Origin: Pristiophorus japonicus | Taxonomy: Eukaryota | Direction: 5' to 3' | DNA length: 64,000 nt | NCBI RefSeq assembly: GCF_044704955.1 | Contig: NC_091977.1 | Span: 384,462,001-384,526,000 of the forward strand | Shown here: positions 23,355-35,100 of the stretch, one piece after another | Position numbering within the stretch: the stretch's first letter is position 1 | Layout of the letters: the number at the start of each line of letters is the position of its first letter | The notes under the pieces: generated by a model | Seen by the model: the letters and a program-made list of their open reading frames with translations, nothing else | Database searches by the model: none | What the model was told of the DNA's origin: nothing | Made by a program: the position numbers and the translations under genes

Positions 23355-25311
23355 TTGAGCCTGCAACACCATTCAATAAGATCATGGCTGATCATTCCCT
23401 CAGTACCCCTTTCCTGCTTTCTCTCCATACCCCTGATCCCCTTAGCTGTAAGGGCCATATCTAAGTCACTCTTGAATATATCCAATAAACTGGCATCAAC
23501 AACTCTCTGCGGTAGGGAATTCCACAGGTTAACAAGTCTCTGAGTGAAGAAGTTTCTCCTCATCTCAGTCCTAAATGGCCTTCCTCTTATCCTAAGACTG
23601 TGTCCCCTGGTTCTGGACTTCCCCAACATCGGGAACAATCTACCCGCATCTAACCTGTCCCGTCCCGTCAGAATCTTGTATGTTTCTCTGAGATCCCCTC
23701 TCATTCTTCTAAACCCCACTTCTGATAAAAAGTGGCGTTACATTAGCTACCCTCCAGTCCATAGGAACTGATCCCAAGTCGATAGACTGTTGGAAAATGA
23801 TCACCAATGCATCCACTATTTCTTGGGCCATTTTCTTAAGTTGTCTTGGATGCAGACTATCAGGCGCCGGGGATTTATCGGCCTTCAATCCCATCAATTT
23901 CCTGAACACAATTTCCCGCCTAATAAGGATATCCTTCAGTTCCGCCTTCTCACTAGACCCTCGGTCCCCTAGTAGAAACATAGAAACATAGAAAATAGGT
24001 GCAGGAGTAGGCCATTCGGCCCTTCTAGCCTGCACCACCATTCAATGAGTTCATGGCTGAACATTCAACTTCAGTACCCCATTCCTGCTTTCTCGCCATA
24101 CCCCTTGATCCCCCTAGTAGTAAGGACCTCATCTAACTCCTTTTTGAATATATTTAGTGAATTGGCCTCAACAACTTTCTGTGGTAGAGAATTCCACAGG
24201 TTCACCACTCTCTGGGTGAAGAAGTTCCTCCGCATCTCGGTCCTAAATGGCTTACCCCTTATCCTTAGACTGTGACCTCTGGTTCTGGACTTCCCAACAT
24301 TGGGAACATTCTTCCTGCATCTAACCTGTCTAACCCCGTCAGAATTTTAAATGTTTCTATGAGGTCCCCTCTCATTCTTCTGAACTCCAGTGAATACAAG
24401 CCCAGTTGATCCAGTCTTTCTTGATAGGTCAGTCCCGCCATCCCGGGAATCAGTCTGGTGAACCTTCGCTGCACTCCCTCAATAGCAAGAATGTCCTTCC
24501 TCAGGTTAGGAGACCAAAACTGTACACAATACTCCAGGTGTGGCCTCACCAATGCCCTGTACAACTGTAGCAACACCTCCCTGCCCCTGTACTCAAATCC
24601 CCTTGCTATGAAGGCCAACATGCCATTTGCTTTCTTAACCGCCTGCTGCACCTGCATGCCAACCTTCAATGACTGATGTACCATGACACCCAGGTCTCTT
24701 TGCACCTCCCCTTTTCCTAATCTGTCACCATTCAGATAATAGTCTGTCTCTCTGTTTTTACCACCAAAGTGGATAACCTCACATTCACTTCCGGAAGGTT
24801 ATTTGTGTCTTCCTTCGTGAAGACAGAACCAAAGTATTTGTTCAATAGGTCTGCCATTTCTTTGTTACCCATTATAAATTCACCTGAATCCGACTGCAAG
24901 GGACCTACGTTTGTCTTCACTAATCTTTTTCTCTTCACATATCTATAGAAGCTTTTGCAGTCAGTTTTTATGTTCCTGGCAAGCTTCTTCTCGTACTCTT
25001 TTTCCCCCCTCTTAATTAAACCCTTTGTCCTCCTTTGCTGAATTCTAAATTTCTCCCAGTCCTCAGGTTTGTTGCTTTTTCTGGCCAATTTATATGCCTC
25101 TTCCTTGGATTTAAAAGTACCTTTAATTTCTCTTGTTAGCCACGGTTGAGCCACCTTCCCCGTTTTATTTTTACTCCAGACAGGGATGTACAATTGTTGA
25201 AGTTCATCCATGTAATCTTTAAATGTCTGCCATTGCCTATCCACCGTCAACCCTTTGGTTCTGTCTTCACGAAGGAAGGCACAAATAACCTTCCGGAAGT
25301 ACTAGGGGACC
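23355..25311 (-). mobile_element. Rearranged CR1 with a second CR1 (23973-24785) nested in it and an inverted duplication at its right end
   Basis: 3' end 23355-23712 is joined to mid-ORF2 23715-23972. TAGAAACA tail at 23973. Upstream ORF2 resumes at 24786-25251. 25252-25311 is inverted. Confidence 0.88.
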
Positions 25312-25449
25312 TTTCCCAGTGCCCCCCTTTTTTTTGTTTTTTTTTGATGGCACCAACACACAAATTATACAAGTGCCCCCTGGCTAAAAGGGAGGGGAGG
25401 CTCTAAAACCGCAAAATTAAACAAATTAAACTTTAGACAATCAAATCAA

Positions 25450-28400
25450 ATTAAAATCTAGTTGCCGGGGGTGATGATGCACTCCAGTCCCACCGCCGGC
25501 CACCTCTTGCGGAAGGCCGCGAGTGTACCGGTGGACACCACGTGCTCCATTTCCAGGGACACCCTGGCTCTGATGTAATTGCGGAAGAGAGGCAGGCAGT
25601 CAGGCTGAACGGCCCCCTCGACCGCCCGCTGCCTGGACTGGCTGATGGCGCCCTTGGCCATGCCCAGGAGCAGTCCTACGAGTAGGCTCTCCGACCTGCC
25701 CACTCCCCTTTGCACAGGGTACCCAAAGATCAGGAGTGTGGGACTGAAGTGCAACCAGAATTTGAGGAGCAGCCCCTTCAAATAATGGAAGAGGGGCTGC
25801 AATCTCGCACACTCCATAAAAACATGGAACACGGACTCTTCCAGACCACAGAAATTGCAGGATGGCTGGGAGTAGATGAACCGGCTTAAAAGCTTATGCA
25901 CGGGATTGCTCCATGCACCACCCTCCAGGCCAAGTCCCCAAGAGATCGGGGGAGGACTCCCATGTAGAGTGCACTCCAGTGGGGATTCCCGCCTCCTCCG
26001 GACCGCAAGATGGTGCGCCATGGCGTGTCCGGACAGCAGACGAGGATGGCAAGGTGGAGATTGTGCAAGAGCAGCCCGTACAGGAAACCCCTCCGCGCAG
26101 AACTGAAAGGCACGGAGGGGATTTCCACAAGGCGGCTCAAGTTGTGATGCGCCAGCTCCCGAGGGAGGTTTCGGGGCTTGGCACCAATGAGGAATTCCAT
26201 CCGGACGGGGGTCAGTTCAGACGGGATCTCCCCGCGTGCTTGAGCTTCCTCGACACACCTAACGGAGTCAGGGCCCAGTGCTGTTTTTAGCGCTGGGCCC
26301 TGGCATTGGCCGCGCGCCGGACATCGGCCCAGTTTAGACGCCATGGCAGCACAGCTGGCGCCATCCAACCCGTTCCTCCACCATTGAGCAGGTCCCTGAC
26401 CCTGGTCACCTCGCCAGCCACAGCCTTCTCGCCTGCATGCCACCTAAAACCGCGGTCGTGGAGGTACGGATTCCTGAGCAGCGGCTCCTGTAGGACAGCC
26501 GCCACTCCAGAAGGGGGAGAGCTGCACTTAGTGACAACTCTGTTCCAGACCCTGATGAGTTCCTGGTAAAAAACAGGCAGACCCCGCATGGTGGTCCTGA
26601 CACCCGCCAGGCTCACAAACAGGAGCTGAGTGACATAGAAAATAGGTGCAGGAGTAGGCCATTCGACCCTTCTAGCCTGCACCGAATATTGAGGTCATAA
26701 TTGAGGTTGTATTGCTGGTGGAAGAAATACATGCCACCTAGGATGGGGCTCAACATACAGGTATCTCTGCAAGGCCTGAAGACGGAAAGTCGCTAGCTGG
26801 GTGCTGACGCACAACTGACCGCCTTCCCTAAGCGGGAGACTCAAAACCGCAGCAGAGACCCAGTGCTTTCTGTTGTTCTAGAAGATGTCCACCAGCTTCT
26901 TCTGTATCTTGGCGACAAACGCAGAGGGAGGGGTCAAAGTGACCAGCCGGTACCACAGCATAGCGGCCACCAGCTGGTTTATAACTAGCGCTCGACCACT
27001 GTAGGACAGCACTCGGAGCAGTCCTGTCCAGCGCCCAAGGCGAGCGGCGACTTTGGCCTCCAGCTCCTGCCAGTTCGCCGGCCAGGCTTCCTCGTCGGGG
27101 CTAAGATAGACTCCCAGATAGAGGAGATGGGTCGTGCTCCAGGCAAAAGGCCTGAGCTCCTCCGGCAGGGAGTCCACCTGCCACTGACCCACCAGGAGTC
27201 TGGAACATTTCTCCCAGTTGATCCTGGCGGAGGATGCAGCTGAGTAAATCTCCTGGCACTCGTGCAGCCTCTGTAGGTCAATGGGATCCTCGACCATGAG
27301 GAGCACGTCATCGGCATTAGCAGAGAGGACAACCCCCAAGCCCGGCCCTTGCAGAACCAGTTCCGTCAAAGGCGCAGGAAAGGCTCCACGCATAAGGCAT
27401 ATAACTGGCCAGATATGGGGCATCCCTGGCGCACCCCTCTCCCAAAGCTAAGGGGCACCGTCAAAGACCCGTTAACCTTAATTAGACACTCCATGGCGGC
27501 ATACAAAAGTCGGATCCGTGCAACTAAGTGCATCCCGAACCCGAAAGCGCGCAGAATTCCAAACAGATACTCGTGATCCACCCTGTTGAATGCCTTCTCC
27601 TGGTCTAGGGAAAGGAAGGTGACCGACAGACCAGCCTCCTGGGAATGGTGGACCAGGTCCCAGACCAGATGGATGTTGTTGTGGAATGTCCGGCCCGGGA
27701 CCATGTAGCACTGGTCGGGGTGGATCATGTGGTCCAGCACGGCGCCAAGACGAGCAGACATCACCCTGGCAAAAATGTTGTAATCCGTGCTGAGTTCTTA
27801 AGTAGACGGCGATCGCCCTTCTTAGGCAGCAGGACGATGACTGCCCTGCACCAAGAGAGGGGCATCTCCCCGGTTACCAGACTTTCCCCCAGGACCCGTA
27901 CGTAGTCGCCCCCCAGGACGTCCCAGAATGCCCTGTGGAACTCCACGGTCAGCCCGTCCAGCACTGGGGACTTTCCCCTCGAAAGCTGGTCGAGGGCATC
28001 GGTCAGCTCCTCCAGGCTTAGCGGAGTGTCCAGATTTTCAGCGCACTCCGGGCCGACCTTCGGCAGGTCCTCCCACAAAACTCTACGCACTTCGTCGCTG
28101 GATGGATCCGGAGAGAACAGAGCCCCGTAATAGTCTCGGGCCCTGTTATTGGTGTCCTCCGGGTCCGAGATCAGGGATCCGTCGTCGGCCAACAACGTCA
28201 AGAGCTGCTTACGGACCGCCGGTCTTTTTTCCAACGAGTAGAAGAAGGGGGAGCCACGGTCCAGGTCCTGAAGGAACCAGATTTGTGACCTCACGAACGC
28301 GCCTCCGGACCCGACAAACTTCAGGTCCTTCAGCGTGGCCTTCTTCGCTTCGTACATCGTCCGCAGGGCCGGGTCCTCGATGACTTGACTGAGACGGGAT

Positions 28401-29238
28401 TCCAGATCGAGCACCTCCTTCTCCAGGAGTCCCACCCTGGCCTCTCGCCTCTTGGTCAACCCCTTCACGTACTCTTGGCAGAAGAGACGGACGTGAGCCT
28501 TGCCCACGTCCCACCATAACCTCAAGGAGGGGAAGCCCCACCTGCTTCCTTCTCCAGTCGGCCCAGAGCATGGCGCCGGCCGCATGGAGGCCGCCAGAAC
28601 GCAGGAGACGTACGCCCAGGATACGTAAAGGCAGTCGACTCTGGATCATCTGCTTCCAGGCCTCACCCAAGTAAAGGCGCGGGAGTCGGGATGGAGATTT
28701 CGCCAGACGTCCACCAAGTCAAATGACCTGACCAGGTCCCTCAACTTCTCCATCGCCGACATGCTCTGCGGGGCACCAGAGTGGTCCCTCGCCTCGAGGA
28801 TGCAGTTAAAATCCCCCCCGAGAACATTGCAGTCGCCGCCGTCGACGGAGCCAAGAAAGTGGACAATTCTTCGAAGAAGCGCACTTGCTGCAGGCCGGGC
28901 TGAGGGGCGTACATGTTCACTAAATGGAGCGGCTCGTCCCTCAGGTGAACCGTGACATGGAGCAAGTGGCCTGGCACAGGCTCCTTGACCCCCAAGATCT
29001 CCGGCTGAAAATGTGGTGTCAGCAAGATAGCCACCCCACAAGAAGTGGCAGTGAGGTGTCTCATGTGGACCTCTCCTTGCCATTCCAAGAGCCACGTGGA
29101 CTCATCTCCCGGAATGGTGTAGGTTTCTTGCAGGAAGCACACCGCATATTTCCCCGCCCGTAGGAGCGAAAAATTGTTAAATCTACGGCGTGCCTCTCTG
29201 CCGCTGTTGATGTTGAGGCTGGCTATGGTTATCTTCAT
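25450..29238 (-). pseudogene. Tx1 ORF2 (endonuclease-reverse transcriptase), multiple frameshifts
   Basis: MKITIASLNIN, FLQET, GGDFNC, LSLDQEKAFNRVDH, GVRQGCPISGQLY, NADD in place of YADD, CNFCGLEESVFHVFMEC and ECIITPGN. Confidence 0.92.
26633..26683 (-). mobile_element. Tiny CR1 3' tail inserted in Tx1 ORF2
   Basis: ACATAGAAAATAGGTGCAGGAGTAGGCCATTCG matches the young CR1 3' end. Absent from the homologous Tx1 segment at ~35785. Confidence 0.85.
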
Positions 29239-29259
29239 GACAAGAGCATAGTGCAACTT

Positions 29260-31377
29260 CTAACTTAAACTACAGTGGCGGGGGGGGACGGAGTCGTTTG
29301 ATGACCTCCACTCCCTCAGCAGCCCAGCAAGGAATGTTCTGAGCCGGCGCAGCTCAAGGGCTTCTAGTTTTGATAAGGTCCTGTCCACGTCCATGGTTTT
29401 GACGGCGGCGCAGACAGAACTGATGAGCAGCGCCGGCTTGGACCATTTGTCCAGAGCCAGATGGGCTCTATTGCGGCAACCCTGGCATTGCGCCAAAAAG
29501 TCCCGGAGTTCCTTGGCAGGAATGAGGGGGGACCCAGTGGCGGGTACGAGGAGATCCACCACCTCACTGGTGATGGACTCCACATCTTCTCCCGCGTCCT
29601 CCACCGAGTCCCCGTCCTCCTCCGGGAAGTTCATCACCAGCAGCCAGTCTGTCAACCACACGGGCTTTGGCAAACAGCCCGGCCGCACCATCTGGCCCTA
29701 TCTCTGTCACGATCCCACCCCCAGGATCATCGGCAGAGGAGTCCTCCCTGGACACCCCCTGGGATGCTGGGTCGGGAAGCAGCAGCGGAGGGAGGTCCCC
29801 CTCTGCCCCAGGCACCGGGGAGCATGGAGAGACTGGGCAGAAAAACAGCTCCAGGTCCTCCAAGTCCCCCGGCTCCATCATCAGGGAGGACGATTGGGGT
29901 TCCACACCCTCCCCGCTACCATCCACCGGCCTAGCGGGTGGGTGTTCATGAAGTACATCTTGTTCTTTTCGCACCAGGTCGAGCAGATCCCGAGGGATGT
30001 CAATAATTGGCTGGGAGGGTTTGGACTCGGCCTCATCGGCCCCGCCCGCCTCAGTCCCCGGGAGGCTCTACCCGGCAGCGGCATTTTCTTTTCGCGGCCC
30101 CGCGCCCCCCGCAAGTGGCAGTTCTTGTTCCCCATCCCCGGGAGGCACAGGCTGGGCAGCCTTGGATGTCTCGCCTTCCCGAGGGACAGGCTCCACCCAC
30201 CTTCGGTGCGCATTGGGAACGCTGGTGGGGGATGCGGGACTCGCGCTGGGCACCAACTCCTCCAAGAAGGGACCTTGGTCATCCTCCGCTTCCTTGGAGT
30301 GGTGCCTCCTTTTTTTACTGGAGGGACGCGGAGGCAGGGAGCTCTCCATGTCGGGTGGGGCTCCCGCCTCCACTCCCTCCTTCCGATTATCTTGCCCGCG
30401 CCCGAAGCTGACCACAAACTCCCTGCAGAGGCGGGTGTGGTCAGGGGATCGGGCCCAGGCTCAGAATGCAACGTGCTCACCGGCGATAGTGGGGAGGGTG
30501 AGCGCGTTGATTGGGCTGTGTGGCCCACTGAGGGGACTGTCCGGAGGGGTGTTTATTTGTTTTCTTCCGTGCCCTTGTTCCGCACGGATGCTCTCCCTCC
30601 CCCCGCGCCGGAGCCCGCGAAGACAAAGGCCTCCGACGATGCCCGCGCACCTACGGCTCCCGGCACACAGGCGGTACAAGGGAGAGGGGTGGCAGTGGCA
30701 CCAGCCTTGGCCGCTTTGGCTGTTTTAGCGACCTTGGAGGCGGGGCAGTTCTTTCGGACGTGTCCCACCTCCTCACAGGCATGGCACCGCACGCCGTCCG
30801 ATGTCCAGAAGACGTGGTAGGCAGTCCTCTCGTGGACCACATTGAATGTACCCTCTGTTACCTCCTCCTGGGCCAGCTGAATGAAAAGCTGGCGCCGGAA
30901 GGAGAACACATGACGGAGGTTGGCCTCCTTGAAGCCGAGCGGTATCGGCGTTATCTCTGACCTCACCTCCCCCAGTTGATGTAGGTGGGGGAGGAGGAGC
31001 TCCCCGGGAACAAAGGGCGGGACGTTCGAGATGACGACGCTCTGCGCGGTGGCCTCGAGAGGATCCACCGGCAGGAATGTCCCGCCCACCGTGAGCCCCT
31101 TACTGAGGGCCAGGGACACTGCCCGCTCCGACCCCAGGAAGAACACAGCCTTCCCGTACATGTTGGAGGCGGCGACAATGGCCGAGGGGCCGACTACCCC
31201 AGCCATTGCCCTCACGCACTCCTCGATGGTCGTGTTGGGGTGAGTGTAGCTCTTGACCCTGTTCTTTTTAGTAATGAGTCTGAAAGGTGGCAGGGCAGCA
31301 GGAGCCGCCGTGGCCTTTGCTGCCACGCACGCATAAGTTTGTGCTGGCCCCGCCATCGGCAAAGATGGACTCACCAT
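29260..31377 (-). pseudogene. Tx1 ORF1 (gag-like, ZCCHC3-like N-terminus with zinc knuckle), frameshifted
   Basis: ORF 30553-31377 contains IVAASNMYGKAVFFL, VVISNVPPF and CHACEEVGHVRKNC. Low-complexity continuation in other frames down to 29260. Confidence 0.85.
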
Positions 31378-31566
31378 ATCGGGGTCCCTTTAAGGGCTCA
31401 CTCACCCCAAAGTGACAGGCCTTAAAGGTCTTGATTGGCCTCGTTGATGAGCAGAGGGAGTTCTTAATGAGGCATACCTCTCCCCAACTTTTGACAATTG
31501 TGGAGGGGTCCTTTTCCCTTTGGTCAGTCGTTGTTTGTTTTATAAAATATATTTTAAAAGAGGCTC

Positions 31567-31605
31567 TCAGAGAGAGAGAGAGAGGAGAGACAGAGAGAGA
31601 GAGGG
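31567..31605. repeat. (GA)n microsatellite in Tx1 5' UTR
   Basis: Visible imperfect GA run. Confidence 0.85.
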
Positions 31606-32197
31606 AGGGGGGACGGTGGAAAAGAGAGAGGCTGTGGTATCAGGCAATTCTCACAGCATTGGGTGGGTGCTTGCAGGGGGTACACTCCCCGGATCACAAA
31701 CAAAGTCTTTATATTCTTCTCGCAGGGGGACAAGATATCTTCATCTGGGATGGCTGGACCCGCCCAGGCACAGTCCTCCAAATGATGTTAAATAATTAAT
31801 GGGAAAGAGATTACACCCAGCTAGCTCCAGCCACCTGGGCCAGGCAATGGGGGAGGAGTGCTTCCAGTGGTGTGTGGGGCCCAGTTGTTCGCACGAACCC
31901 CACACACTTGCACGCACACCCCCCCCCAATGTTCTTAATAAATCTCCTTTTCTCCCAACACCGATTAAGCTAAGCAAAGTCTTTTTTGAGGAGTGCACTA
32001 AAATAAAACCACTTGTTGATTTTGACAATGGCTCTCCCTCCTTCTACACAGCCGGTGAGTAAGTTGAATGGCAGCTGTTCCTTCCCCCTCTCTCAAACTC
32101 TACAGGAGTATTGGCAGCTCTCCCTCCTCTCCCCTCTCCAGGCCGTTTTTCTTCCTCCTCCTCTCACAGGTTCCTGGGTTCACTCCCACTCTGCACC

Positions 32198-35100
32198 AGT
32201 TCAACTATTTTAGTGGTGCATTTTAAACAATTGCCCCCTGAAAGGGGGGTCACACTCCAAAACAAAGTTTTTCCCCGTGCCTCTTTTTTGGGCGGGGGTT
32301 TAGGGCACTAAAAACAGAAATTATACAAGTGCCCCTGGCTAAAAGGGGGACATTATCAGTTCAACTATTTTAGTTGTGCATTTTAAACAAATGCTCCCTG
32401 CAAGGGGGGTCACACTCCAAAATATATTCTTTCCCAGTGCCACTTTTTTTTTTTTTTTTGAGGGCACCAACACACACATTATACAAGTGCCCCCTGGCTA
32501 AAAGGCGGGGGGGCACTAAAACCGGCAAATTAAACAAATTAAACTTTAGACAATAAAATCAAATTAAAATTTGGTTGCCGGGGGTGATGATGCACTCCAG
32601 TCCCTCCAGCGCCCACCTCTCGCGGAAGGCTGCGAGCGTATTGGTGGACACCCCGTGCTCCATCTCCAGGGACACCCTGACCCGGATGTAACCGCAGAAG
32701 AGAGACAGGCAGTCTGGCTGAACGGCCCCCTCGACCGCCCGCTGCCTGGACCGGCTGATGGCTCCCTTGGCCATGCCCAGGAGCAGTCCTACGAGGAGGA
32801 CTTCCGACCTGCTCACTCCCCTCCGCACAGGGTGCCCAAAGATCAGGAGTGTGGGACTGAAGTGCAACCAGAATTTGAGGAGCAGCCCCTTCAAATAATG
32901 GAATAGGGGCTGCAACCTCGCACATCCTACAATTCTTTTTGTTGTGAACGAAATAAAAATTAAATCAAGTGCCCCCTGATTAAAAGGGGGGTCACACTCC
33001 AAAAAACTTTTCAATGCCCCCTTATTTTTTTTGAGGGCATAACAACACAAATTAAACAAGTGCCGCCTAGCTAAAAGTGGTGGGGGTGGGGGGGTCACTA
33101 AAACTGACAAACATAGACAAATTAAACTTTGGACATGGTTCAAATTAATATTTAGTTGCCGGGGGTGATGATGCACTCCAGTCCCTCCGGAATCCACATC
33201 TCGCAGTGTACCAATGGACACCGCCTGTCAACAGCTCTATAACTATTTTAAATTGTGATCAGTAATCAAGTGCCCCCTGATTAAAAGGAGGGGGGACACA
33301 TCAAACATTTTCAAACAACTGCCCCCTTGTTTTATTTGAGGGCACAAAAACACAAATTATACAAGTGCCCCCTGGCTAAAAGGGGAGGGGGCACTAAAAC
33401 CGCAATTAAACAAATTAAACTTTAAACAATAATAATCAAATTAAAATTTGGTTGCCGGAGGTGATGATGCACTCCAATCCCTCCGGCCCTCACCTCTTGC
33501 GGAAGGCCGCGAGCATACCGGTCAACACCGTGTGCTCCATCTCCAGGGACTCCCTGGCTCGAGCAGGTTCCTGACCCTGGTCACCTCGCCAGCCACAGCC
33601 CTCTCGTCCGCCTGCCACCTAAAACCGCAGTCATGAAGGTACGGATTACTGAGCAACGGCTCCTGCAGGACAGCCGCCACTCCAGACAGAGGAGAGTTAC
33701 ACTTGGTGGCAACTCTGTTCCAGACACTGATGAGATCCTGGTAAAAGACAGGCAGACCCCGCATGGTGGTCCTGACACCCCCCCAGGCTCACAAACAGCA
33801 GCTGCGTGTTGTAATTGAGGCTGTACTGCTGGCGGAAGAAATGCATCTCTAGCGCACGCCATCTAGGATGGGGCTCGACATAGAGGTATCTCTGCAGGGT
33901 CTGAAGATGGAAAGTTGCATGCTGGATGCTGACGCACACCAACGCCAGACCGTCCTCCCTAAGTGGGAGAATCAAAACCGCAGCAGAGACCCAGTGTTTC
34001 CTGTTGTTCCAGAAGAAGTCCACCAGTTTCTTCGGTATCTTGGCGACAAACACAGGGGGAGGGGTCAAAGTGACTCAACAGCTCTACAATTATTTTGTGT
34101 TGTATCAGTAATCAAGTGCCCCCTGATTAAAGGGAGGGGGGGACATACTCCAAAAAACCTTTCAAGTGCCCCCTTATCTTTTTTTATTTTTATTTTTTAA
34201 GGGTACTAAAAACGCAAATTATACAAGTGCCCCCCTGGCTAAAAGGGATGGGGGGGGCACTAAAACCGACAAACATAGACAAATTAAACTTTGGACATGT
34301 TTCAAATAAAAAATTGGTTGTCGGGGGTGATGATGTACTCCAGTCTCTCCGGCGTCCACATCTCGCAGAAGGCCGCGAGCGTACCGGTGGACACCGTGTG
34401 TCAACAGCTCTACAACTATTTTTGTAGAAAAACAGAAAATCAAGTGCCCCCTGATTAAAGGGGTGGACACACCAAACATTTTCAAATAAATGACCCCATT
34501 TTTTTTTTGGTGTTTTTTTTAGGGTACTAAAAACACAAATTATACAAGTGCCCCCTGGCTAAGAGGAGGGGTACTAAAACCATCAAATTAAACAAATTAA
34601 CATTTAGGCATAAAATCAAATTAAAATTTGGTTGTCAGGGGTGATGATTCACACCAGTCCTTCCGATGCCCACCTCTCGCGGAAGGCCGCGAGTGTGTCG
34701 GTGGACACCGCATGCTCCATCTCCAGGGACACGCTGGCTCGGATGTAACCGCGGAAGAGAGGCAGGCAGTCGGGCTGAATGACCCCCTCGACCGCCCGCT
34801 GCCTGGACCGGCTGATGGTCCCCTTGCCTATGCCGAGGAGCAGTCCTACCTACCAGGAGGCCTTCCGACCTGCCCGCTCCCCTCCGCACAAGGTGCCCAA
34901 AGATCAGGAGTGTGGGACTGAAGTACAACCAGAATTTGAGGAGCAGCCCTTCAAATATTGGAATAGGAGCTGCAACCTCGCACATTCCATAAAAATGTGG
35001 AACATGGAGTACTCCAGACCGCAGAAATTGCAGGCGGCCTGGGAGCCCGTGAACCGACCTAAAAACTTATTGCACGGGACTGCTCTGTGCACCACCCTCT

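Larger units (their letters stand above)
25312..32197 (-). mobile_element. Tx1-clade non-LTR retrotransposon, near full length, defective
   Basis: ~0.8 kb 5' UTR, ORF1 with a CCHC knuckle, ORF2 with APE endonuclease, RT and C-terminal zinc finger, and a partial 3' UTR. Confidence 0.93.

Noticed and set aside
29393-30820. 475-aa plus-strand ORF
   Set aside because: Antisense shadow of the GC-rich Tx1 ORF1 with no recognisable domain.
25312-32197. Active autonomous Tx1 copy
   Set aside because: Multiple frameshifts, a YADD-to-NADD change, a CR1 fragment in ORF2 and a clipped 3' end.
32340-32370. U2 snRNA target as in Keno (TTATCAGTT, GGCTAA, CAAGTG resemblance)
   Set aside because: Matches are very short and non-contiguous, and no U2 gene body is present.
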